Source: Macrostomum lignano
Lineage: Eukaryota
Assembly: GCA_002269645.1 (NCBI GenBank)
Contig: NIVC01000506.1
Location: forward strand, 496,001-560,000
Reading direction: 5' to 3'
DNA length: 64,000 nucleotides
Shown here: piece by piece, positions 32,800 through 44,381 of the stretch
Position numbering within the stretch: the stretch's first letter is position 1
Layout: every line of letters starts with the position of its first letter
The notes under the pieces: generated by a model
The model's input: only the letters and a program-made list of their open reading frames with translations
What the model was told of the DNA's origin: nothing
Databases searched by the model: none
Made by a program: the position numbers and the translations under genes

Positions 32800-34671
32800 T
32801 ATTCCAACATCGAGCGGGAGGCTCTGGCGGTCGTCTGGGCAACTCAGCGAGCAAAGCACTTTCTATTGGGCAAGAAATTCCTGCTTCAGTGCGACCACCA
32901 GCCACTGGAATTCATCTTCGGACCCAGTCGGGAGCTTCCCAAGGTGACTTCGGCGCGGATCATGCGGTGGGCCATTCAGCTTGCCGCGTTCGACTTCGAC
33001 ATCGCCTACGTCAAGGGCAACAGCATCCCTCACGTGGATGCCATGTCCCGGATGTCATTCGAGAGCAACGATGACGGCGATTCTAGTGGCGATGGTGGCT
33101 TCATCCACTGGACCGAGACTGACCTGTTGAGGCTTGAGGAAATCCGCCAGGGAACAGACATCGACCCAGTGCTCAAGAGCATCAAGCGCCGGATCCAGAA
33201 GAATGTCTGGTCCAACTGCTCGGCTGCAGAGCGTCCGTTCAAGGCTGTCCGTCATCAGTTGACGATCGAAGACGGCGTCGTATGCTGCGGAGACCTGCTG
33301 GTCCCGCCTGCCGCGGTCCGTAGTAAAATGCTGCAAGCGGCTCACGGAGTGACCCACAGCGGAGCGCTGGCGACGCGAAATCGACTCAAACGCGAAGCAT
33401 GGTGGCCGGGGCACTGCGATGATGTTGAGCGGTTTGTGAAGCAGTGCGCGACATGTACGAGGATCCGACCACTGCCCAATCGCACGGTGCACACGTGGCC
33501 TACCGAGGAGACGCCTTGGAAGCGGGTGCACATGGACCATGCTCACGTGTCGGGAGTCGGCCTGATTCTGGTGCTGGTTGATGCTTTCTCTGGCTGGCCG
33601 GAAGCCGTGCACGTGGCAGACAAGAGCGCGAGGACGGTGATTCGAGTTCTACGGGCCATCTTCGCGAGGCAAGGCGTGCCGCACACTCTGGTGTCCGACA
33701 ACGCACCAGAGTTCCACGATCAGGAGCTTCAAGGCTGGCTGGAGCGGATCGGCTGCAATCAGCTCTTCACGCCGCCGTACCACCCGCAGTCCAATGGCTG
33801 CGCCGAGCGGATGGTGCAGACTGTCAAGCGAGGACTCAAGGCGTTTGCAGCTCATCAAGGACCATTTGACGCATACCTGGCCAAGCTCCTGCTGAACTAC
33901 CGAGCGACTCCACGTAGTGACGGCCGAGGCAGCCCCTCAGCGCTGATGGGTCGGCAGCTGAGAAGCCCGTTGACGCTGACCTTCGAGACGGACGCCCCGG
34001 TCGTTTACCAAGCTCGCCAAAGCGCACAGCCCGAGCTTGCTGAGTTCGTCGTGCAGGCCGGGCACAACACGGCGATCGTCACCCGGACCGAGTCGGACCG
34101 GCCCGTCCTGGCGCACAGGGACCAGCTTCGCCCACTGCTGGCCGCGGCCGGGTCGGAGGCCGAAGGAGGCCGTCCGGAGCTCAACGTATCGGAGGCGCCG
34201 ACCAACGATTCGGGAGAGTCAGCGACTGTTGAGCATCCTCAAGCCGGTGAGCTCGATACGGCTGATACGGGGCTCAGGAGGAGCCAGCGCGGCAACAAGG
34301 GCGTTCCTCCTGACCGCTTGACAGCTCGTTGGTGATGACGGGATGTGGTGCCGGAGCGCTGAGCTCTAGGCACTGGCTAACTAACTAGCTTATGCTATGT
34401 ACGTGCATCGTGCGTGCACACCATTCTTTCCTCTCCCTTCGCTCTGACTGGCCATCCCCTAAGCCGCCATGTACTTGTACGTAGTTATTTATCATCACGT
34501 GACTTTATTTCGGTGTTCTCTCGGCCCTTGCTCGTGTCATTATTTAATAAGCTACTTGCTAGTTAAAATAAACCTTGAGTTTCTTTATGCCAAATTCACG
34601 GCAAGACGTACAGTAAGTACATGGATTATCAGCTTTCTAAAGAGGAGCATTGTTATCTCAGAAATCCCCCC

Positions 34672-34820
34672 GTGAGCATTATCATCTCAGCAGTTCCCTC
34701 CCCCCGTGAGCACTGACATCTCAGCAGTTCCCTCCCCCCATGAGCACTGACATCTCAGCAGTTCCCTCCCCGTGAGCACTGACATCTCTTAAATTTCCTT
34801 CCCCGTGAGCACTGGCATCT
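34672..34820. repeat. About 35-bp repeat, 4 copies
   Basis: CCCCGTGAGCACTGACATCTCAGCAGTTCCCT variants. Confidence 0.8.
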
Positions 34821-35375
34821 CAAGAATTCCATGAAATGCAAGGTAATCCTCTGCTTAATTTTTAGAGCGCTTTTAAAAATGCGTTCGTCCGTGTTTTACG
34901 AGCTAAAGAGCTTTAATGCTTTTAGCGCATGGAATTCGCATTATTTTTACTTAGCAAAATCCTAATTTATTTCTTTCGGCACGATCGCGCAATGCGCAAG
35001 TTTTCACAGGGCCAAGTATTTTGAAGGTACATTGTGTTCGGCATTGTTACCAACATTTTCTATTTTTAGCAGTCAGCCAACAAAAACATACACATGGCAT
35101 ATATATTTGATTACGCAGTTTAACCAAATTACAAATGAATAAATTTAGATTGGCACGGCGCACCATGCTACTAGCAGTGACATCATTTGCAGCAATTTAT
35201 AGTTTCAAATTAAACTGCGATATAAAAGTCGATTTTCCGAATAAAAAGTTCAGTCAATATGAAGATCAAGTCCAATAATTTCCGCATTTTTTATCCAGAA
35301 GGGAAACAGACTTGTAGCACCTGAATACGAATAAAGCGGAATTAAAGCAAAGGTCCTGTTGTCAAGGCGGGGGTT

Positions 35376-38186
35376 CTACTGCATCGAGCAGATCCGTTTT
35401 CGCTTGGACTTTTTAGCGTAGTGTCTCTGCAGACTGTGGGAGCCCAGGGCCGCCCGGATGGCCTCCGTGAACACCTGCGGGTTTCAGGCGGGGTGGAGCG
35501 CAGGTTCGGAGGCTCATCAGCGACATGAATTGTGTGAGCACCCATCAGGCTGCTGACAGAGTGAGCACCCATCAGGGTTACTGAAAGAGTGAGCACCCAT
35601 CAGGGTTACTGACAGAGTGAGCACCCATCAGGGTTACTGACAGAGTGAGCACCCATCAGGGTTACTGACAGAGTGAGCACCCATCAGGGTTACTGACAGT
35701 GAGCACCCATCAGGGTTACTGACAGAGTGAGCACCCATCAGGGTTACTGACAGAGTGAGCACCCATCAGGGTTACTGACAGAGTGAGCACCCATCAGGGT
35801 TACTGACAGAGTGAGCACCCATCAGGCTGCTGACAGAGTGAGCACCCATCAGGCTGCTGACAGAGTGAGCACCCATCAGGCTGCTGACAGAGTGAGCACC
35901 CATCAGGCTGCTGACAGAGTGAGCACCCATCAGGGTTACTGACAGAGTGAGCACCCATCAGGGTTACTGACAGAGTGAGCACCCATCAGGCTGCTGACAG
36001 AGTGAGCACCCATCAGGCTGCTGACAGAGTGAGCACCCATCAGGGTTACTGACAGAGTGAGCACCCATCAGGGTTACTGACAGAGTGAGCACCCATCAGG
36101 GTTACTGACAGAGTGAGCACCCATCAGGGTTACTGACAGAGTGAGCACCCATCAGGGTTACTGACAGAGTGAGCACCCATCAGGCTGCTGACAGAGTGAG
36201 CACCCATCAGGCTGCTGACAGAGTGAGCACCCATCAGGGTTACTGACAGAGTGAGCACCCATCAGGGTTACTGACAGAGTGAGCACCCATCAGGGTTACT
36301 GACAGAGTGAGCACCCATCAGGGTTACTGACAGAGTGAGCACCCATCAGGCTGCTGACAGAGTGAGCACCCATCAGGGTTACTGACAGAGTGAGCACCCA
36401 TCAGGGTTACTGACAGAGTGAGCACCCATCAGGGTTACTGACAGTGAGCACCCATCAGGGTTACTGACAGAGTGAGCACCCATCAGGGTTACTGACAGAG
36501 TGAGCACCCATCAGGGTTACTGACAGAGTGAGCACCCATCAGGGTTACTGACAGAGTGAGCACCCATCAGGCTGCTGACAGAGTGAGCACCCATCAGGCT
36601 GCTGACAGAGTGAGCACCCATCAGGCTGCTGACAGAGTGAGCACCCATCAGGCTGCTGACAGAGTGAGCACCCATCAGGGTTACTGACAGAGTGAGCACC
36701 CATCAGGCTGCTGACAGAGTGAGCACCCATCAGGCTGCTGACAGAGTGAGCACCCATCAGGGTTACTGACAGAGTGAGCACCCATCAGGGTTACTGACAG
36801 AGTGAGCACCCATCAGGGTTACTGACAGAGTGAGCACCCATCAGGGTTACTGACAGAGTGAGCACCCATCAGGGTTACTGACAGAGTGAGCACCCATCAG
36901 GGTTACTGACAGAGTGAGCACCCATCAGGCTGCTGACAGAGTGAGCACCCATCAGGCTGCTGACAGAGTGAGCACCCATCAGGCTGCTGACAGAGTGAGC
37001 ACCCATCAGGCTGCTGACAGAGTGAGCACCCATCAGGCTGCTGACAGAGTGAGCACCCATCAGGGTTACTGACAGAGTGAGCACCCATCAGGGTTACTGA
37101 CAGAGTGAGCACCCATCAGGCTGCTGACAGAGTGAGCACCCATCAGGCTGCTGACAGAGTGAGCACCCATCAGGGTTACTGACAGAGTGAGCACCCATCA
37201 GGCTGCTGACAGAGTGAGCACCCATCAGGCTGCTGACAGAGTGAGCACCCATCAGGGTTACTGACAGAGTGAGCACCCATCAGGGTTACTGACAGAGTGA
37301 GCACCCATCAGGGTTACTGACAGAGTGAGCACCCATCAGGGTTACTGACAGAGTGAGCACCCATCAGGCTGCTGACAGAGTGAGCACCCATCAGGCTGCT
37401 GACAGAGTGAGCACCCATCAGGGTTACTGACAGAGTGAGCACCCATCAGGGTTACTGACAGAGTGAGCACCCATCAGGCTGCTGACAGAGTGAGCACCCA
37501 TCAGGCTGCTGACAGAGTGAGCACCCATCAGGGTTACTGACAGAGTGAGCACCCATCAGGCTGCTGACAGAGTGAGCACCCATCAGGCTGCTGACAGAGT
37601 GAGCACCCATCAGGGTTACTGACAGAGTGAGCACCCATCAGGCTCTAAGCACCGCAGAGTCCCGCACCTCCTCCACCATGAACTTGTTGAGCGCGGAGCA
37701 CTCGATGTAGAAATCCGCCCCAATGCGGTGCGCGAGCGCCTCCGCCTCCTGCTTGGTGACCAGGTCGCAGCCGTGAGTCCTGGCGTGCTCCAGGAACAAC
37801 CGGTCGAACCGCAGGTCGCCCTTGGTGCCGACCAGCACCCGGCGAGCTTCGGGTATGTGCGCGGACACTTCCGGCGCCCACTTGGCGAGAACGTTGGCAA
37901 AGGTAGGCCGGTGCCCGACGCTGAAGCTGATGAGGAACACGTCGGTCTCCGGGTAGCTCAGCGGCCGCAGGCGATCGTAGTCCTCCTGGCCGGCGCTGTC
38001 CCAGAGGCTCAGCTGCACCGGCCGACCGTCCACGATCACCGTGCAGTCGAAGTTGTCGAACACGGTGGGCACGTAGCTGGCCGGGAAGACGCCGGTGGTG
38101 TAGGTGGACAGCAGGCAGGTCTTGCCGGCGCCGCCGTCCCCGACGATGACGCACTTCACCTTGGAGCGCGGGTAGCCGCTCAGCAT
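35376..38186 (-). CDS. Rho-family (Rac/Cdc42-like) small GTPase. Exons 38186-37668 and 35474-35376; 205 aa
   Basis: [41 protein letters not shown] and ECSAL. A phase-0 intron joins EE to [10 protein letters not shown], ending [12 protein letters not shown] (polybasic region plus CaaX). Exon 2 is absent from the ORF track. Confidence 0.93.
35544..37642. repeat. Two-variant 28/27-bp minisatellite filling the Rho intron, about 75 units
   Basis: GAGTGAGCACCCATCAG+GGTTAC or +GCTGC, followed by TGACA. Confidence 0.97.
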
Positions 38187-38220
38187 TGCGGTGGGCTGGG
38201 CGGGTGCCGGGGTGGGTATC

Positions 38221-38812
<592 letters not shown>

Positions 38813-39295
38813 TCGGTGTCTTGCACAATCATAGGGCTAAACTGCAGCAGAAGTTTGAACAGGAGTTACTCACCAAGTGATGGATTAGAAAAACAGTTCT
38901 GACGAGTGCTTAGCTAATTTGAAAGCTTTCGCCACTGGATCCGAAGCGGCTATGGGCGGCAGCTCATCCCTGTGGGCTGATGGCCAGTAAATTTTTATAC
39001 TTTGGCCGCCTAAGCAGAGGCCAAAGCGTCAGCAGCAAAGCAACTTAATCCAACCCCCGCTTTCAGCTCCGAATTCGAGTGTGATTCGTACCCGGCCCAG
39101 CAGGCGCATAAATAATCATGCGTGAAGGCCGCCTTTACAAAGCACCAAACTGCAAACTGGCTTCATCCGGTCCGGCTGCTGCCTGTGTGCAGCGCCTGCG
39201 GCTGCCATCTCTGCTTTTAGCCTGCAATTGCCAGCTGTTGGGCGCCCAGCTTTAATAAATGGTTTGCTTGCAGCTGAACACTCCCTTTGCACAGA

Positions 39296-39506
39296 CACCT
39301 GTCTTTGAGTACTCAGCTGAGTCCACACTGTCTTTGAGTCCTCAGCTGAGTCCACACTGTCTTTGAGTCCTCAGCTGAGTCCACACTGTCTTTGAGTCCT
39401 CAGCTGAGTCCACACTGTCTTTGAGTCCTCAGCTGAGTCCACACTGTATTCGAGTCCTCAGCTGAGTCCACACTGTCTTTGAGTCCTCAGCTGAGTCCAC
39501 ACTGTC
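39296..39506. repeat. 29-bp minisatellite, 7 copies, each with the palindrome CTCAGCTGAG
   Basis: CACTGTCTTTGAGTCCTCAGCTGAGTCCA at a 29-bp period. Confidence 0.93.
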
Positions 39507-39661
39507 TGTGTTTGAGCTATCAGGTGGAGAGACCCAGAGACCCAGGCCCGATATACTATACCTTGTCTTTGAGTTTTCATGTAAAACTTTTTGATGGGTC
39601 CACAGTACTGCAAAGTGTCTTTTTGTCGAGTCATTTGTATCAATAAGCCCTAAAGTTCTCT

Positions 39662-40885
39662 CAGAACGGATTCCGGCCCCATCGCGGCACAGTGACGCAG
39701 ATCCTGGCTCTTCGGCGAGTCATCGAGGAGGCGCGCATCCGCCAGTTGACCCTGATCCTGATCTTCGTCGATTTCAGGAAGGCCTTCGACTCGGTCGTGA
39801 GGGACGCGCTCCCAGAGGTGCTCCGTGCGTACAACGTGCCAGAGCTGCTGATTTCTGCCGTCATGGCGCTGTACCACGGCACGACGGCTGCTGTCTCAAC
39901 ACCGGACGGCCTATCGGATTTCTTCGAGACATCCTCCGGGGTGCTCCAGGGAGATACGCTACCGCCGTTCCTATTTATTCTGGTGCTTGACTGGGTGCTA
40001 CGGACTGCTCTGCCTTCCAACGACGACGGCTTCCTGCTGCGGCGACGCGTGGGTCGACGCCAACCGGAGAGACGGCTCAGCGTGCTTGGCTACGCCGATG
40101 ACCTCGCCCTGCTGTCCTCGACCGTCGAGGGCGCCGAAAGACAGCTGGATAGGCTGGTTGCCGTTGCGGCGAGCGTCGGCCTGGTGGTCAACACGCAGAA
40201 GACCGTCGTGCTCTGCGTGCCGGACGACACCGAGGCTGCAATCTTCTGCCGAGGCGCTGACGGACAGGCGAGTGAGCTTCCAAGATGTCAGCAGTTCGTC
40301 TACCTCGGCGGTCTGGTTCCCGACGTCCGCGAGGATCTGCGGCGTCGCCGAGGACTTGCCTGGGCTGCCTTTCGTTCTATAAGGTCAGTCCTGCAGTCCG
40401 AGGCCCTACCGGACCGCCAGAGGGCGGCGCTGTTCCAGGCGGTGATCGAAACCGTCCTGTTATACAACGCCGAGACCTGGACGCTGATAGACTCGCTCGA
40501 GGCTCAAGTCGACGCGGCGCACGCTGGCCTGCTGCGCGCCGCCTTCAAGATCGGCAACGAGCGAGTCACCAACACGGCGCTCTATCATCGCGCCGGCCTG
40601 GCCCGTCCTAGCGATCTGCTGCGCCGTCGGCGACTCCAGCTGGCAGGCCACGTCATCCGCGCCGAGGCCTACTGTCCGGAGCCGGTGCAGGAGGTGCTGC
40701 TACTTACGTTGCAGGCACCCTACCGGCGGGGACAGGCGAGGACTCGGCGCTACGTCGACTGTCTGCTGGCTGACGCCGGCGCCCCGGACTCTGCCGGCGG
40801 TGCGGCCTTTGTTCGCGCCCAAGCTTCGAAGCGCGCCATCTGACGCTGCTTTTGCGAACTGACAGCGTACTCTGTTGTTGTTGTT
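39662..40885 (+). mobile_element. 5'-truncated RTE-like non-LTR retrotransposon with an open RT frame
   Basis: QNGFRPHRGT..FVDFRKAFDSV..GVLQGDTL..YADD, stop at 40843, then a (TTG)n tail. A 7-bp direct repeat GTTCTCT at 39655-61 and 40886-92 is the likely TSD. Confidence 0.93.
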
Positions 40886-41514
40886 GTTCTCTTTAGATTG
40901 GCCCTTAGATCACCATAAGCCTAAATAAGTCATCAATTTAAACAAAGTCATGTGTAAAATTGAATTGCTAAAGTTAAACGAGAGAGTTTTTAAATGAGAC
41001 GCAGTGCACAGTTTATTGTAATTTCTTGTAAATGAAACGAAAATGTCTCAGCTACTTGAACGATGCATCAATGCAAAGCATGAAGCGATTGAGCAGGCCC
41101 GGCCTGCTGTTCTCTAAACTGTTCTCAAGAAAAATGCTGTTAGATTTACTAAAAGCAATATATAAGACTGGACGAGTCAAGATCAAGGATGCGGTATCTG
41201 GCGGATGAGGGTGTTAAAAGCTATAGCGTGAGGTCTCTACTAGTTAGTAGTCTCTACAGTGTTTAGTTAACAGTTAACAGCATAAAAGCACTATTATTTA
41301 GCAAATCTTGAACCACCACAGTTTCGCACGAGAACATACACTTGAATTATAACAAACGTGCTGAATACTGCGGATTTTATTCCTGCAAAACACGACTCGA
41401 AAGACGACAGACAGGTGCCTGGACTTTTCAAAACAAAAACTTCGAGTGTGAAGAAATCTGAATAAAAATTGGAGCCATCAGAAGACATTGGTGCTTAGAA
41501 GTCAAAAGAATTGC

Positions 41515-43690
41515 CGAGATTCCATTGGCTGTGTACAAACTGCAATAAAACAAGCCAAAATTCCATTGGCTGTGTACAAACTGCAATAAAACAAGCCGAG
41601 ATTCTATTGGCTGTGTACAAACTGCAATAAAACAAGCCGAGATTCTATTGGCTGTGTACAAACTGCAATAAAACAAGCCGAGATTGATTATGTGTACAAA
41701 CTGCAATAAAACAAGCCGAGATTCCATTGGCTGTGTACAAACTGCAATAAAACAAGCCGAGATTCCATTGGCTGTGTACAAACTGCAATAAAACAAGCCG
41801 AGATTCCATTGGCTGTGTACAAACTGCAATAAAACAAGCCGAGATTGATTATGTGTACAAACTGCAATAAAACAAGCCGAGATTCCATTGGCTGTGTACA
41901 AACTGCAATAAAACAAGCCGAGATTCCATTGGCTGTGTACAAACTGCAATAAAACAAGCCGAGATTCTATTGGCTGTGTACAAACTGCAATAAAACAAGC
42001 CGAGATTCCATTGGCTGTGTACAAACTGCAATAAAACAAGCCGAGATTCCATTGGCTGAGTACAAACTGCAATAAAACAAGCCGAGATTCTATTGGCTGT
42101 GTACAAACTGCAATAAAACAAGCCGAGATTCCATTGGCTGTGTACAAACTGCAATAAAACAAGCCGAGATTCCATTGGCTGAGTACAAACTGCAATAAAA
42201 CAAGCCGAGATTCTATTGGCTGTGTACAAACTGCAATAAAACAAGCCGAGATTCTATTGGCTGAGTACAAACTGCAATAAAACAAGCCGAGATTCTATTG
42301 GCTGTGTACAAACTGCAATAAAACAAGCCGAGATTCTATTGGCTGTGTACAAACTGCAATAAAACAAGCCGAGATTGATTATGTGTACAAACTGCAATAA
42401 AACAAGCCGAGATTCCATTGGCTGTGTACAAACTGCAATAAAACAAGCCGAGATTCTATTGGCTGTGTACAAACTGCAATAAAACAAGCCGAGATTCTAT
42501 TGGCTGAGTACAAACTGCAATAAAACAAGCCGAGATTCCATTGGCTGTGTACAAACTGCAATAAAACAAGCCGAGATTCTATTGGCTGTGTACAAACTGC
42601 AATAAAACAAGCCGAGATTCCATTGGCTGTGTACAAACTGCAATAAAACAAGCCAAAATTCCATTGGCTGTGTACAAACTGCAATAAAACAAGCCGATAT
42701 TCCATTGGCTGTGTACAAACTGCAATAAAACAAGCCGAGATTCTATTGGCTGTGTACAAACTGCAATAAAACAAGCCGAGATTCTATTGGCTGTGTACAA
42801 ACTGCAATAAAACAAGCCGAGATTGATTATGTGTACAAACTGCAATAAAACAAGCCGAGATTCCATTGGCTGTGTACAAACTGCAATAAAACAAGCCGAG
42901 ATTCTATTGGCTGTGTACAAACTGCAATAAAACAAGCCGAGATTCTATTGGCTGAGTACAAACTGCAATAAAACAAGCCGAGATTCCATTGGCTGTGTAC
43001 AAACTGCAATAAAACAAGCCGAGATTCTATTGGCTGTGTACAAACTGCAATAAAACAAGCCGAGATTCCATTGGCTGTGTACAAACTGCAATAAAACAAG
43101 CCAAAATTCCATTGGCTGTGTACAAACTGCAATAAAACAAGCCGATATTCCATTGGCTGTGTACAAACTGCAATAAAACAAGCCGGGATTCTATTGGCTG
43201 TGTACAAACTGCAATAAAACAAGCCGAGATTCTATTGGCTGTGTACAAACTGCAATAAAACAAGCCAAAATTCCATTGGCTGTGTACAAACTGCAAAAAA
43301 ACAAGCCGAGATTCCATTGGCTGTGTACAAACTGCAAAAAAACAAGCCGAGATTCCATTGGCTGTGTACAAACTGCAATAAAACAAGCCGAGATTCTATT
43401 GGCTGTGTACAAACTGCAATAAAACAAGCCGAGATTCCATTGGCTGTGTACAAACTGCAATAAAACAAGCCGAGATTCTATTGGCTGTGTACAAACTGCA
43501 ATAAAACAAGCCGAGATTCTATTGGCTGTGTACAAACTGCAATAAAACAAGCCAAAATTCCATTGGCTGTGTACAAACTGCAATAAAACAAGCCAAAATT
43601 CCATTGGCTGTGTACAAACTGCAATAAAACAAGCCAAAATTCCATTGGCTGAGTACAAACTGCAATAATAAAACAAGCCGAGATTCCAGT
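41515..43690. repeat. 41-bp satellite, about 53 copies, with a 448-bp higher-order duplication
   Basis: ATTCCATTGGCTGTGTACAAACTGCAATAAAACAAGCCGAG. Variant patterns recur at a 448-bp offset (ORFs at 42379/42827 and 42497/42945). Confidence 0.97.
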
Positions 43691-43954
43691 GGATGCGTAC
43701 GCAAATCATAGCTACAAGATCAGATAAAAAACAAGACAAAAAATTCTTTACTGCAGATACAATTGGGACAGTGAAAAATAGGTAGTAGGGCGGTTGAATC
43801 GCAGAAAAAAAGCAGATTTTCTCTAGAAACAAAGCAAAAGACTCTAAAAAGAAAAGTAAAAAAATTTAAACTATCTTAATCACTTTAGGGCTTCACGGAG
43901 ACTCTATTACTTTGAAGGATTAAGACTCACCTGAAGCCTCATTGTTCTGCATGG

Positions 43955-44262
43955 AAGGATCAACAATCCCCCTGAAGGATCAATAATCCCTCTAAATGAT
44001 CAACAATCCCCCTGAAGGATCAACAATCCCCCTGAAGGATCAACAATCCCCCTGAAGGATCAACAATCCCCTGAAGGATCAATAATCCCTCTAAATGATC
44101 AACAATCCCCCTGAACGATCAACAATCCCCCTGAAGGATCAACAATCCCCCTGAAGGATCAACAATCCTCCTGAAGGATCAACAATCCCCCTGAAGAATC
44201 AACAATCCCACTAAAGGATCAACAATCCCCCTGAAGGATCAATAATCCCTCTAAATGATCCA
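43955..44262. repeat. 20-bp repeat AAGGATCAACAATCCCCCTG
   Basis: About 14 copies just 3' of the MFS stop codon. Confidence 0.93.
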
Positions 44263-44381
44263 TAGATCCCCATGAATAAGAGCCATCTGGCTACCAGAGA
44301 GGATCGGACATTCTGAGATAAGCAAAAAGGACAATAGTGTGAAGCAAGTTCGCGGATTCGAATCATCCCAGCGCCCCGAAC

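Larger units (their letters stand above)
30244..34621 (+). mobile_element. 5'-truncated Ty3/Gypsy LTR retrotransposon (RT-RNase H-integrase, probable 3' LTR from 34344), split by a DNA transposon
   Basis: RT: DSYPLP..DLTNAYNQI..RMPYG..YQDD. RNase H: TDAS..SRRLSPAERNY|SNIEREALA. Integrase: HHCC, VHMDH, VSDNAPEF, NGCAERMV. Both pol halves (30250-31055, 32800-34335) are stop-free. GACGGGA|TGTGGTG suggests PPT and LTR start; the LTR end (about 34612-34621) is uncertain. Confidence 0.93.
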
